From positions 1 to 64,000 of the forward strand of contig KZ538391.1 in NCBI GenBank assembly GCA_000934665.2: a stretch of 64,000 nucleotides of DNA. The letters run 5' to 3'. The translations under genes were made by a program, and so were the position numbers. A model generated the notes under the pieces. The model made no database searches. It had not been told where the DNA came from and was given only the letters and a program-made list of their open reading frames with translations. This document shows positions 37,057 to 51,631 of this stretch, piece after piece (position 1 is the first letter of the stretch; each line of letters opens with the position of its first letter). This stretch comes from Catajapyx aquilonaris. Taxonomy: Eukaryota.

Positions 37057-40000
37057 ATCCATCGGCATACACGGGCTGTAATTATATTATCATATACTGC
37101 ACATACGGTGTATAAAAGGGAAAGTTTGTCGGTATGTCCCATTTCTCTTCCCCTTACCGCCCCCGCCCCTCCCGCAGCAACGGATGTAGGTTTTACGAAC
37201 TACAGTTCGTTAAACGCCGAAGAACGATCTGACGTCACGATCAGCCTCGCCTACAACACCCACCTCTTCCATCCAATCATGTCCCTGAATCGCTCTGCAA
37301 TAATACTACTGCGCATGCTCAGAAAACACGGCTCGTGTGAAGTCAGATCGTTTAACGGACTGTATAGACGATTTTTTTTAAAAAATAAAATGAGCGCAAC
37401 GCAGTTCGCCCAAATTGTTTCCAACTCTTAAGACTGAGGGGGTAACAATATGGCTGACTTTTGCGATGTTGCCAAGGCTCTTAGAGGACCATGAGAAGTA
37501 AATGTGGCAACGTTGTTGGCGATACAATGAACTTGCGCGAGTGTGGGTGCGCACTCGGTTGCGCTCGTAAAAAAACATAATTTACAATTCATTCAATTTA
37601 TTCTTCAATTCCCGTGCTACTATAGTAATTCGATAAAGGACAGACGAGTCATAAATAAATCGGGCAGTGAGTTAACCAGCTTTTCAATCATCGGCATTAC
37701 CTCATAGTTCCATCATGATCTCCTTGCAATGGTTGAGTCGCATTAAGGACCACTCTCATCTGATGGTGGGTGGCAACGCAGGAGAGTCACTCTGGAAGTA
37801 GCCATATTTCTACGCCAAGTTACACAAGATGGCCTCACTCTTTCGTCTGATGCGTGCTGTACGTGACCAATAACAATCTATCTATGGTGGGCCAGGATAA
37901 GTCTGTCAAAAAAAATAAAAATAACGGAGAGACTCATTTTGGGTGATTGGATTACTATGCGGACACCTTTTTTTATTATACTATCTGAATTTATTTGTAT
38001 TTATTTGTATTAATACTTATCCAAAAATAATGACAGGAATTGTGAACAAATATTGCATGAAGAAGCAGCCGTCTCTGTTCTATCTGTCACAGTGGGATCA
38101 CTAATAATGCAAGTAAACTTAAGTAAATTGACCCTCTGAGGCCAGGAAACGCAACCCTAAAGGTGCGTGGTACTGTACAGCATTATTAAGGCGACTAAGA
38201 ACCCTTAATATTTTCTATTGAAAACATCCGCTTCAGGAGCTTTACGTGGAAAAGAGGGTTGCCAATGGCACTTAAGCTGAAATGAGTAAAGCCGGATCGA
38301 CAGATTCGCCCACCTTTTAATTACGATATTAATTTCTACGTATATGCCAATAATGAAGCATGATAAATCAAAGCCGGAAGCGTACTGTGCAGCCAATATG
38401 AGCTTTCATTTTATATTGAAAGACGCTGCTATTTTCGATTATAGACTAGGTCAAAAAGCAAACATTCTGAAACGGTATCCGAAGCCGTATCGATAAAATA
38501 GATTTGAAGTTGATGGGAGACCTGATTTAGCACTGATTGCAATAATTAGGCCACCCGATAAATACCCAATCAACACCCAGCGATGTGGCTCCGAAATGGT
38601 CAGAAATTTAGGGCAACATTACACTGTACTAGAAGTCGCGCAAATGGCAATAATGCTCGTAATAATTACAAGCACTAGCATTGGAAAACGAGTGTCTGCA
38701 AAATGATCAGTTTCATTCAGTTCGGATTAAAATTTACAACACGTAAAACAGCTGCTGGAGAAGGCGACATATTCAGCAAATTTTCTTCCAGTACTTTCTG
38801 CAATTAGTGTTGCCAATAATTACGTCACACTCTCACTGAGCCATCCTGTACATTGCAATACTATATAGTCCTCTCAGCTAGTTACTGACTGAGAAGCAGC
38901 AAGGCAGTGCATATTCAATCCTAATTTGCACTCCATGTATAAGGGCGTGTAAAGTTTCGGTTTCATGTGCAAACCAGCGCAAATCGATGCAATAATCCCC
39001 TCTTTAATGTAACATATATCGTCACGATTCTGGCGAACAATCTTGATATCCTATTCCGCCGGAGTGAACTTATACACATATAGGACAGGATTTCAGGCGG
39101 CGACGTGTAATGAAAATTGAGCGCACTTAGCTTATTCAAGTAGCCTCCATATATGTAATTAATGGTTGCGTAATCGTCCTTATTACGGCTCGTACATATC
39201 AATTACACACACCTGTGGTGAACAAACAATCGATAGTGCTATAAATCTAAAAAATTTCTATCGGAGGCTTGCATTATTGGTTTTTTTCCTCCCCTCCCAG
39301 CAGGTCACTTGGGTAATGAGTTGAAATACGAGGGAGCAGGCCAATGTGTCGGATAAATAAGTGAAAAATATATTGCGGCGCTGTGGCAGTGCGTTCCGTT
39401 GCATAAGTGCTTTTCCATCCGCGCTGATGAAAGATTCAGGCTCCATTTTAAAGGTAAACATCGGAAAAGGAATTTCGAAAATGCACACCATCCATGCAAT
39501 ACACATCAGGTGAGATCATCTCTTCTATATAACAAATTGCGTCATTTATAGAGAGAGAAAAATACTTTTTTTTTCCCCCTCCCCATTTTTATTTACCTGG
39601 GTCAAGCACGGGTTTGCGATGAAAAAGGTCAGAACACACGGCACGTGTATAAAAGTTGAGAAGATCCAGGAATGCAGAATAATAATCCGGGTCACATTCC
39701 GGTCGAATCATTGCGTAACATGATCCTAAACAAAAGTTACAGTGCCCTACGGAAATGGTGTGAATTATTCATTACTCAAACACTGATTATTATCTCGAAT
39801 TCACTCCATATACAGTGAGGATACGTCCAAATATAATTTATAAAAAGTCGAAAATGAGTTATTCTCATTTTTCAACCTCTCATCAAAAAGGTGACAAAAC
39901 CGACAATTAATGAATGATGTAAAAAAGGGGGGGGGGAGGTAATACTTGTGTAAATACTTGCACGGTCTAGTAAAAAATTGTAGAGGGTCGGCCAATAAAT

Positions 40001-43000
40001 AAACACTTACAACACAATATTATTTATGACGATTTCATTGTCCATTACTTTTAATTTATTGATTGAACAAATGACAAAATTATTGTCATCCATATGTTCT
40101 ATTCGGTGATTATCAATATTTATTATGGTAATGCAATGTGTTTCAATTAATGAGGTGTTTGTTCGAATAAAATGTGTTTTTTTTTTGTTTACTTTAAAAA
40201 TGGACACACGACATAATTCTGTTGATAGCCACTATAAAAGTAACTATTGAAAATAAACAGCTTGTAGTTGTAACAAATAGTCGCATTAGACAGGTATTTC
40301 GGATCATCCAGTACATGATGCAGTGCTACCAGCTTATTTTTGTAAATTTTTTAAATAAAAAAAATGTTTTGGACTTATCCTACATGCCAAAAAATAACTG
40401 GTGTCAAATGTTATCCTGGCAACATACAACCATCACCACACCGTTTCAAGGGTGAACAGTGTAGAGAAAAACCTAACCTTCACCACTTTTTGCATCTACT
40501 TCTCAAAATAATATTCCAGAACAAAAATTAATGTTTGAACACAGTTTATCTTGTCATTATGTGCGAATTTTGGCTTCTCTTGTGGCGTCAGCAGGCGTGA
40601 AAAATATTTCCTTTGATTTTTTTATTACCAGAAATGACCAGAAATGACGGTGTAGCGCGCCAATTATTGCGGATTACGCAATTCTACCCTTGGCCAGACG
40701 TATCCTTGACATGATCTGATACATAGTGTCAATCTTTATTCAGATAACAGCTTCTTCCTTTTACTTTTTTTTTTCTTAAAAGAAAGAAAGAAGCGAGACT
40801 AAGCACAGACGAAACAAATTGGGTCAGTTGTTTTCAAAAAGCCACCATCTGCTTTATTTCTCGCTAAACTAGACTGCGCAGTTTTTTTCCCCCTTCGTTT
40901 TTTTTTTTTTTGAAAAAAATTGGCCCTGCGCTCAAGCAAGGTTTTGTGCGTGCAAGGCAAGGATTAGCCAAAGGTCACGTCTGCTTGTACATGAGAGAAA
41001 AAAAAATCGGTTGGATAAAATTCCTATATTACATATGTACTGTACAGAAGAGCAGCGTTTGCCGCCAGTTTCCATCCAGAATTGGCGGAAATATGAATTC
41101 CCTCGCCAACTTAAGTACTACAGACCCACTAGGGAATGTGTCTAATCATGCCAGCCTAAATATTAATGGCCGGTTTTTTTTCTCCTCGATCCTTAATGCA
41201 TTCTGAAACTGGGGAAAAAAAGAGGTAAATAAATAAGTGGTAAGAGTTACGCAGGCCATAAAACGAGATGCGTGGAGTCATAACCAGGCTTTTGCGAATT
41301 TATCGCCATTTTTTGTTGTTGTCAGGAGCATTCTCTTAATACGTATAGTGAGATGCAGCTTAAGCGCACGATTCTTATAGGAATGAACTGAAGCAAGTTG
41401 TGTGGGCTCTATGCGTTGGGTCATGGGATGACCTCGCACAATATTGGCGAATAGTGGCCGCAACCTACGTCTGCTTTCAAAGCAAAAGGAGAGAGAGTGA
41501 CGAGTCCCGAGAGAAGGTTCAGAGTAGCCGTATAAGGCACTCAGTGACCTCTCGAATGGGGCAGTAAACCGGCCCAGGCAAACATAGCACCAAAAACCCC
41601 AGCAGAAGAAGGTGACCCGATTTAGTAGGGACAGGGTCAAACTCATCGTGACCCCTTGACATTATAAATCCAGAAAAATAACCACAGGAAGCATAATTTT
41701 GCTCGTGATGCCTTTACAAAATCATATCAACTTATCCAAGTGCAGTCCTACAGGAGAATTTCATTAAAGAAAATGGTCAAAAATAATAGTATACCATATT
41801 CGCAATAGTAGTGTTCTGTGCTATTAAAGTCAATTGCCATGATCAATATTAAATGCACAAAAACTCCGACTATAATCCTAGCCAAAATCGAACTGAGGAC
41901 GATTAGTTTCAAAAAAACTGCAAACGATGGCCACATCAAATGAAATTAATGCAAACTACAAATACCTATTGTCAATATGCAAAAAATACGCAAATTACGT
42001 TTAAGTAAACTACCGACCAATTAAATCAACGTTGCATCATTCTCATGATAGGTCTTGCTGCTTAATTAATAATCTCTAATTAACAATTTATGAATTAGTG
42101 TAAAGGTAGTTCTTACACTATCAGACATCCATCCAAGTACCAAGCGTCATGACCTGGAACAATAATTGTGATAAAATTATATTGCCAACACCTCGGCAAT
42201 AATTACACCATGGCCAGTGTATAGTTAATAATCCAGGACGGCCTTAATCCCATTTGTGCGTTATGCAAACGGAAACAGAAGCTAGCTCCGTAACGCATAC
42301 GGTAATAACCGGATTACTCATCGGAGCCTTCCTCATTGTGCAGTCTAGTGTTGTAGTGTAGCGCAAATTCGCCAAAAATTCGCAAATCCCAGTCGAGACG
42401 CACCAAAATGCTACCCCCCCCCCCTCCGTATGCCCCTGGAGGGTGTACTTAACAATTCACGACCGGCTCGCAACAACTATTAGCAAAGCAGAATTAATCA
42501 AGTTTGCATAATCCCTTCACCATCTTCTCATTTTGCCAAAAAATATACTCAAAAAAATAAAATAATGAATGGCGAGGCAAACCTCCAACAAATTCATAAC
42601 TTTCTTGGAAGGAAACGACTTGCGCACGTGAAATCGGCGCACTTGAACTGGCAAATTTATGGATAGGAGAGAGACCACTTTCGCCAAATTTATGTTTGCG
42701 AAAAGCTGCTTGAGGGAGGGTTGGGTGGTGGAGGGTGAGATGGGGGTTATTTTGAGAGCCCTTGGTGATGCCCAGCAGTCTGATGCTGCCTTAGTGCTCT
42801 CTAGGATTTCCTCAGGTCGACACGCGGAATTTTCTAGTGTAAGTACTCGAGCACTTAAGTCATAACTTATTCTGTTTACTGTCAAGTAGTACAAAAATTG
42901 GCGAAGAAAATGGCATATGCTATAGGGGAGTGGATAATCCGTCAGAGTTTTATAGCGCAAACATCAGTTAATTGCAAAGTTCTGAGATTGCGAAGAGCGC

Positions 43001-43260
43001 GTGTGTGTCGTACAGCACGTGGCATTAGGCACGTACCAAGGTTCAATTATTATTACATAGTACTACGAAGCAGCGGGTAAGTTCATGTGACATATTCATT
43101 CGTTACTTCTCACAGAGTAATTGCACGACATACTGACAGAGATATAAAAAATGTAATGGCGACATTAGTACAGACATAATGTAAGATGAGCGTACGTGTG
43201 ATCATCTTCATATTTTGCGAAAAAAAAGGTTCGTATTCGTATTGTACTATTGTAATGCCC

Positions 43261-44340
43261 CGTGTTTCCACAATGGAACTTTAGAAGTGCTCTTAACACC
43301 TTAAAAGAGGTTAGTAGTTAGTTTAGGCTCGCAACTCGTAACAAGCGCACGATTCTGCCCAAGATGGAGTTAAGACTGGCGAGAAGACACATTCTTGTGA
43401 TTCGTCTAAATCGCTAGTAGCGCCTCTTATCATTAGAAGTGCTCTCAACACCTTAAAAGCGGTTATTAATGAGATTAGACTCACAACTCGTAACGTAACA
43501 AAAGCGGTACGATTCTGGTCAAGATCGAGTCCAGACACACACGTTGCTAGCATTCGTCTAAATCGCTAGTAGCGCTTCTAGTCTTAGAGGTGTGCTTATC
43601 AGCTGCCTGACTGCGCATGCGCGGCAGTCACTGTGCGCGCGCACGTTCGACGCTCAGCCCGCATGCGCACAATATTCTGGAAACTTCTCACATTCAGGTA
43701 ACTTTATTGTAGGCTGCCGGCGTATGACACGTTTTTCCACAATGTAACTTTAGAAGTGCTCTTAGCACCTTAATAGCCGGTATTACTTAGATTAGACTCG
43801 TAACTCGTAACGTAATAACATACACAGGATTCTGGACAGAATTGAGTCCAGACTATGGAGAACATATGAAACAAATTGCTAGGATGCTTCTAAATCGCTA
43901 GTAGCGCTTCTTTTCTTTAGAAGTACTCTTAACACCTTAAAAGCGGTTGTTACTTAGATTAGACTCGCAACTCGTAACATAGCAAATGTACGATTCTGGC
44001 CAAGATTGAGTCCAGACACACTCCTGTAAAACATTGCTATGATGCTTCTAAATCGATAGTAGCGCTTCTTATCTTTAGAAGTACTCTTAACACCTTAAAA
44101 TCGGTACTCGCAACTCGTAACAAAACAAACGTACGATTCTGGCTGAGATTGAGTCCAGACACGTCAGTAAAACATTGCTAGGATGCTTCTAAATCGATAG
44201 TAGCGCTTCTAATTTCAGAGGTGTGCTTATCAGCTGCCGGACTGCGCATGCGCGGTAGTCACTATGCGCGCGCACGTTCGACGACCGGCCCTCATGCGCA
44301 CAACACAAATTCTGGCAACTTCTCACCTTCGGGTCACTTT
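43261..44340. repeat. Higher-order tandem repeat: two copies of a module made of 2-3 x ~150-165 bp subunits plus a GC-rich palindromic tail
   Basis: Subunit TTAGAAGTRCTCTTAACACCTTAAAAGCGG..ACTCGCAACTCGTAAC..GATTCTGG..TCTAAATCGCTAGTAGCGC at 43281, 43434, 43750, 43917 and 44075. Tail AGAGGTGTGCTTATCAGCTGCC.GACTGCGCATGCGCGG.AGTCACT.TGCGCGCGCACGTTCGACG at ~43585 and ~44216. Confidence 0.9.
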
Positions 44341-44718
44341 TCCCATTCAAAATCCGAGTTACGACTCCCTAAGAAAATGAATTATCGCGTAAAATAATAT
44401 CCCTCCTCCGGACTAGACGGCCTGCCGCCAAATCGCAGCAAGGAGTGACGTCACCTGGAGGCGATCCAGGGGTCAGGAGGCAATCGCTGTGCGATAAACA
44501 TGTCAGTCGAGCTGGTGTGTGTATCTCCGACTTGAACTTTAGTTTTGAGATCATTCTACGCGTTACTTCACACACTGTTCGAACGTGGTTTACCAACAGT
44601 CTCTAACTTAGAACCTGTTACTTACAGTTGCGGCGTGGGTGTGATTACCGTGTGTGGGCCACAGGCTGCAATTTTTGGCGGAGGAGTGCCCGAGTGCGCA
44701 CACACGTATCTATAGTAC

Positions 44719-44882
44719 AGAGAGAGAGAGAGAGTGAGAGGGTGGGTGGGCGTGTCCGATCGGATCCGGATAAAAAGGCGTCGCGACGCTGCCGACGCTC
44801 AATCTCCTCCTGCGCCTCCGTCCCATTTTCTCTGCGATTCACTCCTGCAGGACTTAAACCAACTACCTCCCATCCGGTAAGT
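44719..44882 (+). promoter_or_regulatory. Candidate core promoter and non-coding first exon (44801-44876) of myosuppressin
   Basis: (GA)n at 44719-44740. TATA-like GATAAAAAG 44769-44777, ~31 nt before Inr-like TCAATC (A at 44801). Consensus donor CCG|GTAAGT at 44877 and matching acceptor CCTCAG| at 49414. CRE at 44446. Confidence 0.6.
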
Positions 44883-47800
44883 CGACTTATTTTGTTAAAC
44901 AAATTTTTGCACAGGAAATTTTGCATGATATAACTCGAATTGATATTTAAAAAAACATAGTTTGCGATTGTGCCAAGTTGGCACGATTCTCTGATATTGG
45001 TGCAAATCCACTGCGTTTCCCGCCAAAATGCACGCAATTGGCAATGCGAATGTTGCAAAAATTTTCGCGATGTGTAGAACCCAACCTGCGCAACTTCATG
45101 GCAACGGGCCAGAGATACACCTGACAGTATATTGCTACAAGACGGCTTAAGTCGTCGAGGGTTATGAAAAACCAACAATGAATCTTTTGCTTCTGAATGT
45201 TGCTTCAAAGGACATGACGCCATTATCCGGACATTGTTGAAACTGGTTGAATTCTTGCAACATGTTTTTCGTCCTTATGAGGAAAAAACTGCGCAGTGTA
45301 ATTATCGGTTAAAATATTCCTAAAATAATTGGTCCAAAGGCGGCCGCCTACTCTACTCGCAAAAGTTGTAATGAAGTAACGCCTACTTCAAATTGAAATG
45401 CCAGAAGTTTAATGTCACCTGCCATTCACCGCACAAATTTTTTTTCGCAATTGCAAAAAAAAGGGTCCTTATAATCAGTTCTTTCGCCGGAACAACAAAC
45501 AATCGGATAAATTGGTCGCACCAAATTACCAAAACGACTATTGATCAACGAACGATTAGAGTCACGTCGAGAGGTAATATATTGGCCGTATGCGAATGTG
45601 ACACTGCAAAAAAAAATCCCGCTCTGCAAAATTCACGGCCCATTGATTCCAATTAACACGCGGTCGGAACCAAGCCTAATCCGCTTATAAACGGAGGCGT
45701 GTTTAACATCCGACCCCATCAAGTGCCGGCCAATAAACAACATTATCAAAACGATTCTGAAAAAAATAATTAAGTCGAGTGCTTTCAAGTTTAATCGTCG
45801 GTTAAGGCAATCCGCAATAACCGTCCCCGTTAAGATAAACATCCAAATAGTTCTCTCTAACCGGACATGACAGTTTGCGATGGTGATATTTGTCTCTTAT
45901 AGTGAGTGATTTAATCTGACGTTAAACCTTGAAGGGACTTGAGATGCCGGACCTGGACCAGTTGTGTGAGGCTGTGAGCATAACCGCGGAATCCTGTCTT
46001 CATAAATACAAAGTCAAGTCCGCAAAAGAGAAACAGCAGAAAATTATTTTAGGGGTAAAAATAGTTGAGGGCGTCAGAAAGGCTCCAAACCTCTGACCAG
46101 CTTTGGAACTAGGCAAAAATTCTCTAAGACTAGTGAACCTGTTGCCAAAATTTTGGCAAAAGCTACGAGATGGCCCGCCTATTTTCCACCAAGTACTAAT
46201 CTTCACGCATAGATGGCGCATGCACACTCCTGCCACCCTCCGAGAGATAGCGGTACTATCAGGTCGGACAAACATACGACGGGGAGAAAGATAGTAGGAA
46301 ATCGCAAAAAAATGCCAATTGCAAGACAATATAACGTCTATATTTGGCAACAATTTTTCAGCTGAATATCGGTTAGATTACCAAGAAGTCACGTTGCAGA
46401 GTCGATATTTGAAAGAAACCTTTTGTCGTCTATAATCCCGACAGATTTATTCCGAACACGTCGTCGTCCTTTTTTAGCCGCATTGTGGTATATCTCTACC
46501 TTATTTTTTTGCCAAAAAAAAGAGAGAAGAAGAGAGTTCGTTCTTCTCCACACAAAAATTTCCATTTTTCTGTCTGGAAGGTTTGGAGGGGTGTGCTGAC
46601 AATGTTATTATTCTCCATTGTTTGGGGAAGCAGCCGAGCATATCCGTGAGACTCGCCCGGAATATTCACATCGGTTCCTCTCGCCGAATTCAATTTCGCG
46701 AATATAATATTTATTTTTTTGGGGTGGTGTGTGCATCTTTCATGAAACGGCTTCAACAAGCCACTTTTGCTTCTTTTTTTTTTAGGTTGTAAAAATTCAC
46801 CGGGTTCAATCTCGGTTCCGGTTGTTGCGTTTTTGGGGGGTTCACCAGGATGCCATTTCTGTTTGTCCGGAAATAAACTATGCGAGGGCGGATATCCGTA
46901 TTTATATAAAAAAGTACTTTGTCCTTTTCAAATACTCTTACAGTCTTAACCCCCTGTACAAATATCACATTTTTTTTGGCTTCCTCTCCAATCACACAAA
47001 CGGGGCCGGATTTGCCTTTTAAAAATATATATAAGTCCACAGAACAACCTGTGCACTTACGCCTAAGCAAATATCAGGGAAACTGAGCGTCTGGTTTCTC
47101 CCATCACATTAGACCAAATTCCGAGAATTCCTCTATAGTTGAGCTGGGGAAGAAAAAAAAAATATCTCTGCAAAGGTTACTGTTGTGATCTGAACTGGCC
47201 GAATTCTGTGCTGGAAATTAAACTAGTTTTGATAACATTTTGCGCCAGCCTGTTGAACTATTTATTACATATATATATATTTTTTTGAGGAGATCACAGG
47301 CCCGCATTGGCTTTCTGCCCTGGAATCAAATCCACAGACAAACAAGCTCCCGCCAATATCGGAATGCTTATTAATGAGCCACCAGCACGCAAAAATGTGT
47401 GCTGAAAAAAAAATAACAAAAATCATCCTTGATCCTTAATATTCAGACCGGAAAAAGGTGCGTGAAAAAAAAGTCAGCAAAAGGAAGAAAAACATGTTTC
47501 TAAGAATCTTATACAGGAATTGGAATCTTGATTAAAGTTTCTCGCTTGGTCGATCAAAGGTTTTTCCAGCTTCTTCTTTTTTTTTTTGGTCAACTTTCTA
47601 TATATTCCGGGTGTTTTTTTAGGCGACGAACAATATTTGAATTCATAACATGCTTCGGCATAAAAACCGCATGAATCGTACCAATCAGCTTATCTATACA
47701 GAACCCTGCAGGATATATATGTAATTCGTCATGTTCATCTCCGCTTGGAGGAACTTAATGAGGAAGACGAATAATTATCATATAGGCCCAAGCAACACTC

Positions 47801-47924
47801 TCAAATTAGTTTTCGTGGTTGTTGAACCTACTTTGAAATCATTGCGCAACTAAACATAACCCGATAATTTAACACAATCGTCTGGTTATGATGAGTTAGA
47901 AGGGATTGGGGGGGGGGGGGGGGG

Positions 47925-47936
47925 NNNNNNNNNNNN
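47925..47936. other. Assembly gap (N run after poly-G)
   Basis: 12 Ns after a G homopolymer. Single Ns next to G/C homopolymers at 5040, 5795, 10482, 36212 and 49950. Confidence 0.95.
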
Positions 47937-49456
47937 GAATTCGGTCATTGGACTTTAGCATTGGTCGGCTTCCATTTATTAATTATAAATTAAATATGAT
48001 AAGTTCATTTGTCCTTCAGAAGCCAACGGTTAAAATATATACCGCAGTTTAATCTGTAATTTACAGCCAATGCACTCCTGTTAGTATATCAAGTAGCCCC
48101 ACCTTTTTTTTGTCTGGTTTTGTTCATATAGTTACCCTTACAACTTAACGGGATGGAAGTAAGCGACTTAACCGAAGGTTAATAACTGGAATTACAAAGT
48201 CTACATTGTTTTGCAATAGGAATGCGGTTTTGTTTAATAAAAATTCGCATTTTTTTGTCTCTGAACAAAGGCATATTGATTTCGAATTGGCAAAATAAAC
48301 TCCGCAAAATGCATGTTTTAATATTATATCTTATCAATATTGGACAGAACCTTGGAGAGAGGAAAGTCCTCCATTGCCAATTTTCTGTCGTTTCGCAATC
48401 ATTTTTTATGACATTTTGAGGGCAAATTCCGGGATGGAATCCGGTCATGGCATCTCGATTCAAATCAGTAGATTCCGGTAGCAATAGAAAAAAAAAGATC
48501 CTAAACTCTTGGATTGGAAGGCCAAACATTGATTCATATATATTTTTTTTGCAACAAGTGCGGAATCACGTGTAATGTCAACATGGGATGAGCACCCTAG
48601 ATCCAAGGTTGACCTTTGACCCACTTTGCCTTGACAACACCAAAAGTGCATATTGGGTGCGAACTTACTCCTTTAAGAATATTTTCCGGTTATGTGCAAA
48701 CTTCTTGTCTGAATTTTTTTTTGCAATCTGGCAATGACCTTTCTGTGGTTGAGTTTAAACCCCGTGCAAAAACCATTGCAATATATTTTGGGACTTAAAA
48801 CTTAATCTTCGGATTGGCAAAAAAAAGTAGGGCTGATAGGAGGTATTTACAACCGTTGGTCGCCTTTTTCGCAACCTTAAGAAGACGCGGTTTGGTACAC
48901 ACACAAAAAAATTTGTTAACACAAGGCTTCTACACTTTGCTCCAGGCGGAACGGAACTTGAACCAACTCGTAAGTTGCACATTTTACACTCAACATGTTA
49001 AACTTTAAAAATTTAACTATGCCACATTAGCTCATTAGACAATTGTTGGATAAACTGGGCGCATTGGCTTCTGTGACTCTGTCCGCGGTGAGTCATCAGC
49101 AGAATGCGCTATCTATGTGAAAGATAGGTACTACGTTCATGGTTCGAGGGGGCAGTGTTGTCAAATTTAGCTCTTGGTTAATTCTCGTTTGATATAGCGT
49201 TCCCATATCTGAATTTGGGATTAGGGATGACACTTGAGTGACTTCACACCTGGTGGTGAGTCATAGTTGACGCACTGTTGGCATCCTGACCGCAGGCGTC
49301 TTATCGTCTGGTTACGTAAATCATGCCACGTACAGTACTACACTGTACAGCAGACAAGTCAGTTGAGTGAAGTTACATGCATTGTAAAGAGTCGTCTTTC
49401 TTGGCCGTCCTCAGGAGCAGCAAGAAGAAGCAAACCAATCCGAGAAGAAAGAAAAG

Positions 49457-51631
49457 ATGGTGTTTGGACGGGCGATGACAGCAATCCTGGTCACGTGCTC
49501 CCTGGTGTTGGCCCTGTGGTTGGCCTCGGGGCAGGCATCCCCTATGCCCGCGGTCCAGCACTGCAACCCGGACATGCTGGAAGAGCTGCCACCAAAGCTT
49601 CGCAAGATCTGCGAGGCCTTGGCCACGCTCAACGAGTTCCAGTCTAACGTCGAGCAGTACGTCGACGAAAAAGGTAATGAAAAAAACTAACTAATTGTTG
49701 TCAAATCAACAACAATTGAAGAGCTGAAACGCAAAACGATCACATTTGACAAAATTCTGCAATATTATCTGTAATATTCGTCTATCAGGAAATCAGTTAC
49801 ATCAATATCGACACAAAACCGATCGTTCTGCATTTCAATTAATTCAATTAAACTAGTACGTGAATAAATTATTACTGGTCTAAAAACCAATCTTCCAAAG
49901 TTAGCTGCTGGTCACTAAGAGAAATATACGCGGATGAGCCCCCCCCCCCNAAAATAATAATAATAGTCTTCCCTCTCAGTTAATTTCGCTAATTTTGACA
50001 GTTGGCTAATATTTGCCAAAAAAAACTGCAATCTCCTCTGCGTATGATTCCAATGCGAAAAAAACGAAGATTATAGACGTCATGCATGAATCTCAGGGGG
50101 CGTTTACTCCTGGATGCAATATGCGACTCGAGGGGTCATTACATCAGAGCAGCAAAGACAAAAATTGCCAATTCCTGCCGGATTCAACCCTAACAAAAAT
50201 ATTTGCTCTTTTTTTTCGCAGTCTTCGGAATGAAAGAGCCCGAGATGCTAAAATAGGAAAAAAAATGAAAAAAAGCTTTTTTTTTTGGCATCGTGATTGC
50301 AATTTTAATGAAGGATTCGCTCCTGAGGGAATCGGTCTGGAAATGCAAACTTCCGGTTATAAAAAAATAACCAGTGAGAATTTCGCAAAAAAAAAAAAAA
50401 ATGAAGAGAATATTAGACATCGAATCGATCCGGAGACGCAACAGTTTGCAACCACCTGTTGCAACTATACTTACAGCCATGTTGGGGACGAATTTTGCAA
50501 ATACGTCGCCACCTATTTTTTTCCGCAATAATTCGACTTTTAAAGGGGCACTAGAACGGATTTAATATTGGCAACGTTGCGTCACTGGCACATTTTTTTT
50601 TTTTTGGCGGGAGAACGAGGCTCGGACCGATTCAATTTTGTCCCGAAACTGGACGGGTTATGAGACGATTATTATAGACTGTCCAGCTTGGCGGAACATC
50701 TGACGACAATCGCTTTTTATAGACTTCTTTAAAAAAGCTAGGCGCAACCAGTGAAAGGTTTATATCCTGTTGTTTTTTTAGGCCATGAAGATTAACAAAA
50801 TGTTTTTATTATTCATAAAGTTATTTCTGAGGGGGATATATTTTGTGCAAGTTGCGTTGATTCCGGGGCATTAATGTGACAAGAGCGGAAATGTTGGATT
50901 TTCCCGGCAGCATTAGCATCCTTATAATTTAAGCAATTAAGCTTCGCAGCCCTAAACAACATAATCGGATTTTAAAAAAATGTCTGGAGCGACTTTACTG
51001 GAAGTTTTTTTTAAAATTTTTTTAAAAGGTCGGTAAAAGTTCAGCCCGCGCCAATTTTCCATGAATCAAAAAGTGTAGAGGAAATATGAAAGTTTATAAG
51101 GGAATCGTGACGTGTGGAGGGGTGTATGGGATAGTGACTGCGCGTGACATGGAGGGGGCGGGGGCGTCGAATTATTTGCAGATAATTAGGTTGATGTCCT
51201 TCATAATTTATTTATGGATCTATGACGCAATGTATAGGTCGGGAATTATATGAAAAAATTATTGTAAAATAGATACACCATTTATTTTTAGCAAATCCAG
51301 TCGAATCCAGTGTAGGTTGCTGTTGAATAGACTCCAGATGTTTTCAATTCATGCTAATTGGCTTGAGAGTTTCGCGAATGGCTTTTTTTAAAATTATTTT
51401 TAATCAGCTCAAAATATGAAACATTTTTTTTAATAAAGAGAGAGAAAGAGAGAAGCCACACATAGCTGTTACTTAAACACGTTTTTCCTCCCATTTCTCC
51501 TCCTCTCCCCCCATTTCATTGCAGTGCTTAATCTCCTTGCAGCCTACCGGGACAATGTACCACTGATGGACTCTGGAGTCAAGAGGCAAGATGTGGACCA
51601 CGTCTTCCTCCGGTTCGGACGTCGACGCTAG
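49457..51631 (+). CDS. Ms: Myosuppressin neuropeptide precursor ([16 protein letters not shown], leucomyosuppressin-type), 107 aa
   Basis: Exon 49457-49673: signal peptide and the Cys pair [21 protein letters not shown], with phase-1 donor G|GTAATG. Exon 51525-51631: [39 protein letters not shown]. Mature peptide 51587-51616; AATAAA at 52028. Confidence 0.96.

Noticed and set aside
41278..42960. ORFs of 122 and 147 aa and GC-richer patches between the BTB gene and myosuppressin
   Set aside because: No recognisable domain and no consistent splice framework. May be decayed repeats; cannot be supported without a search.
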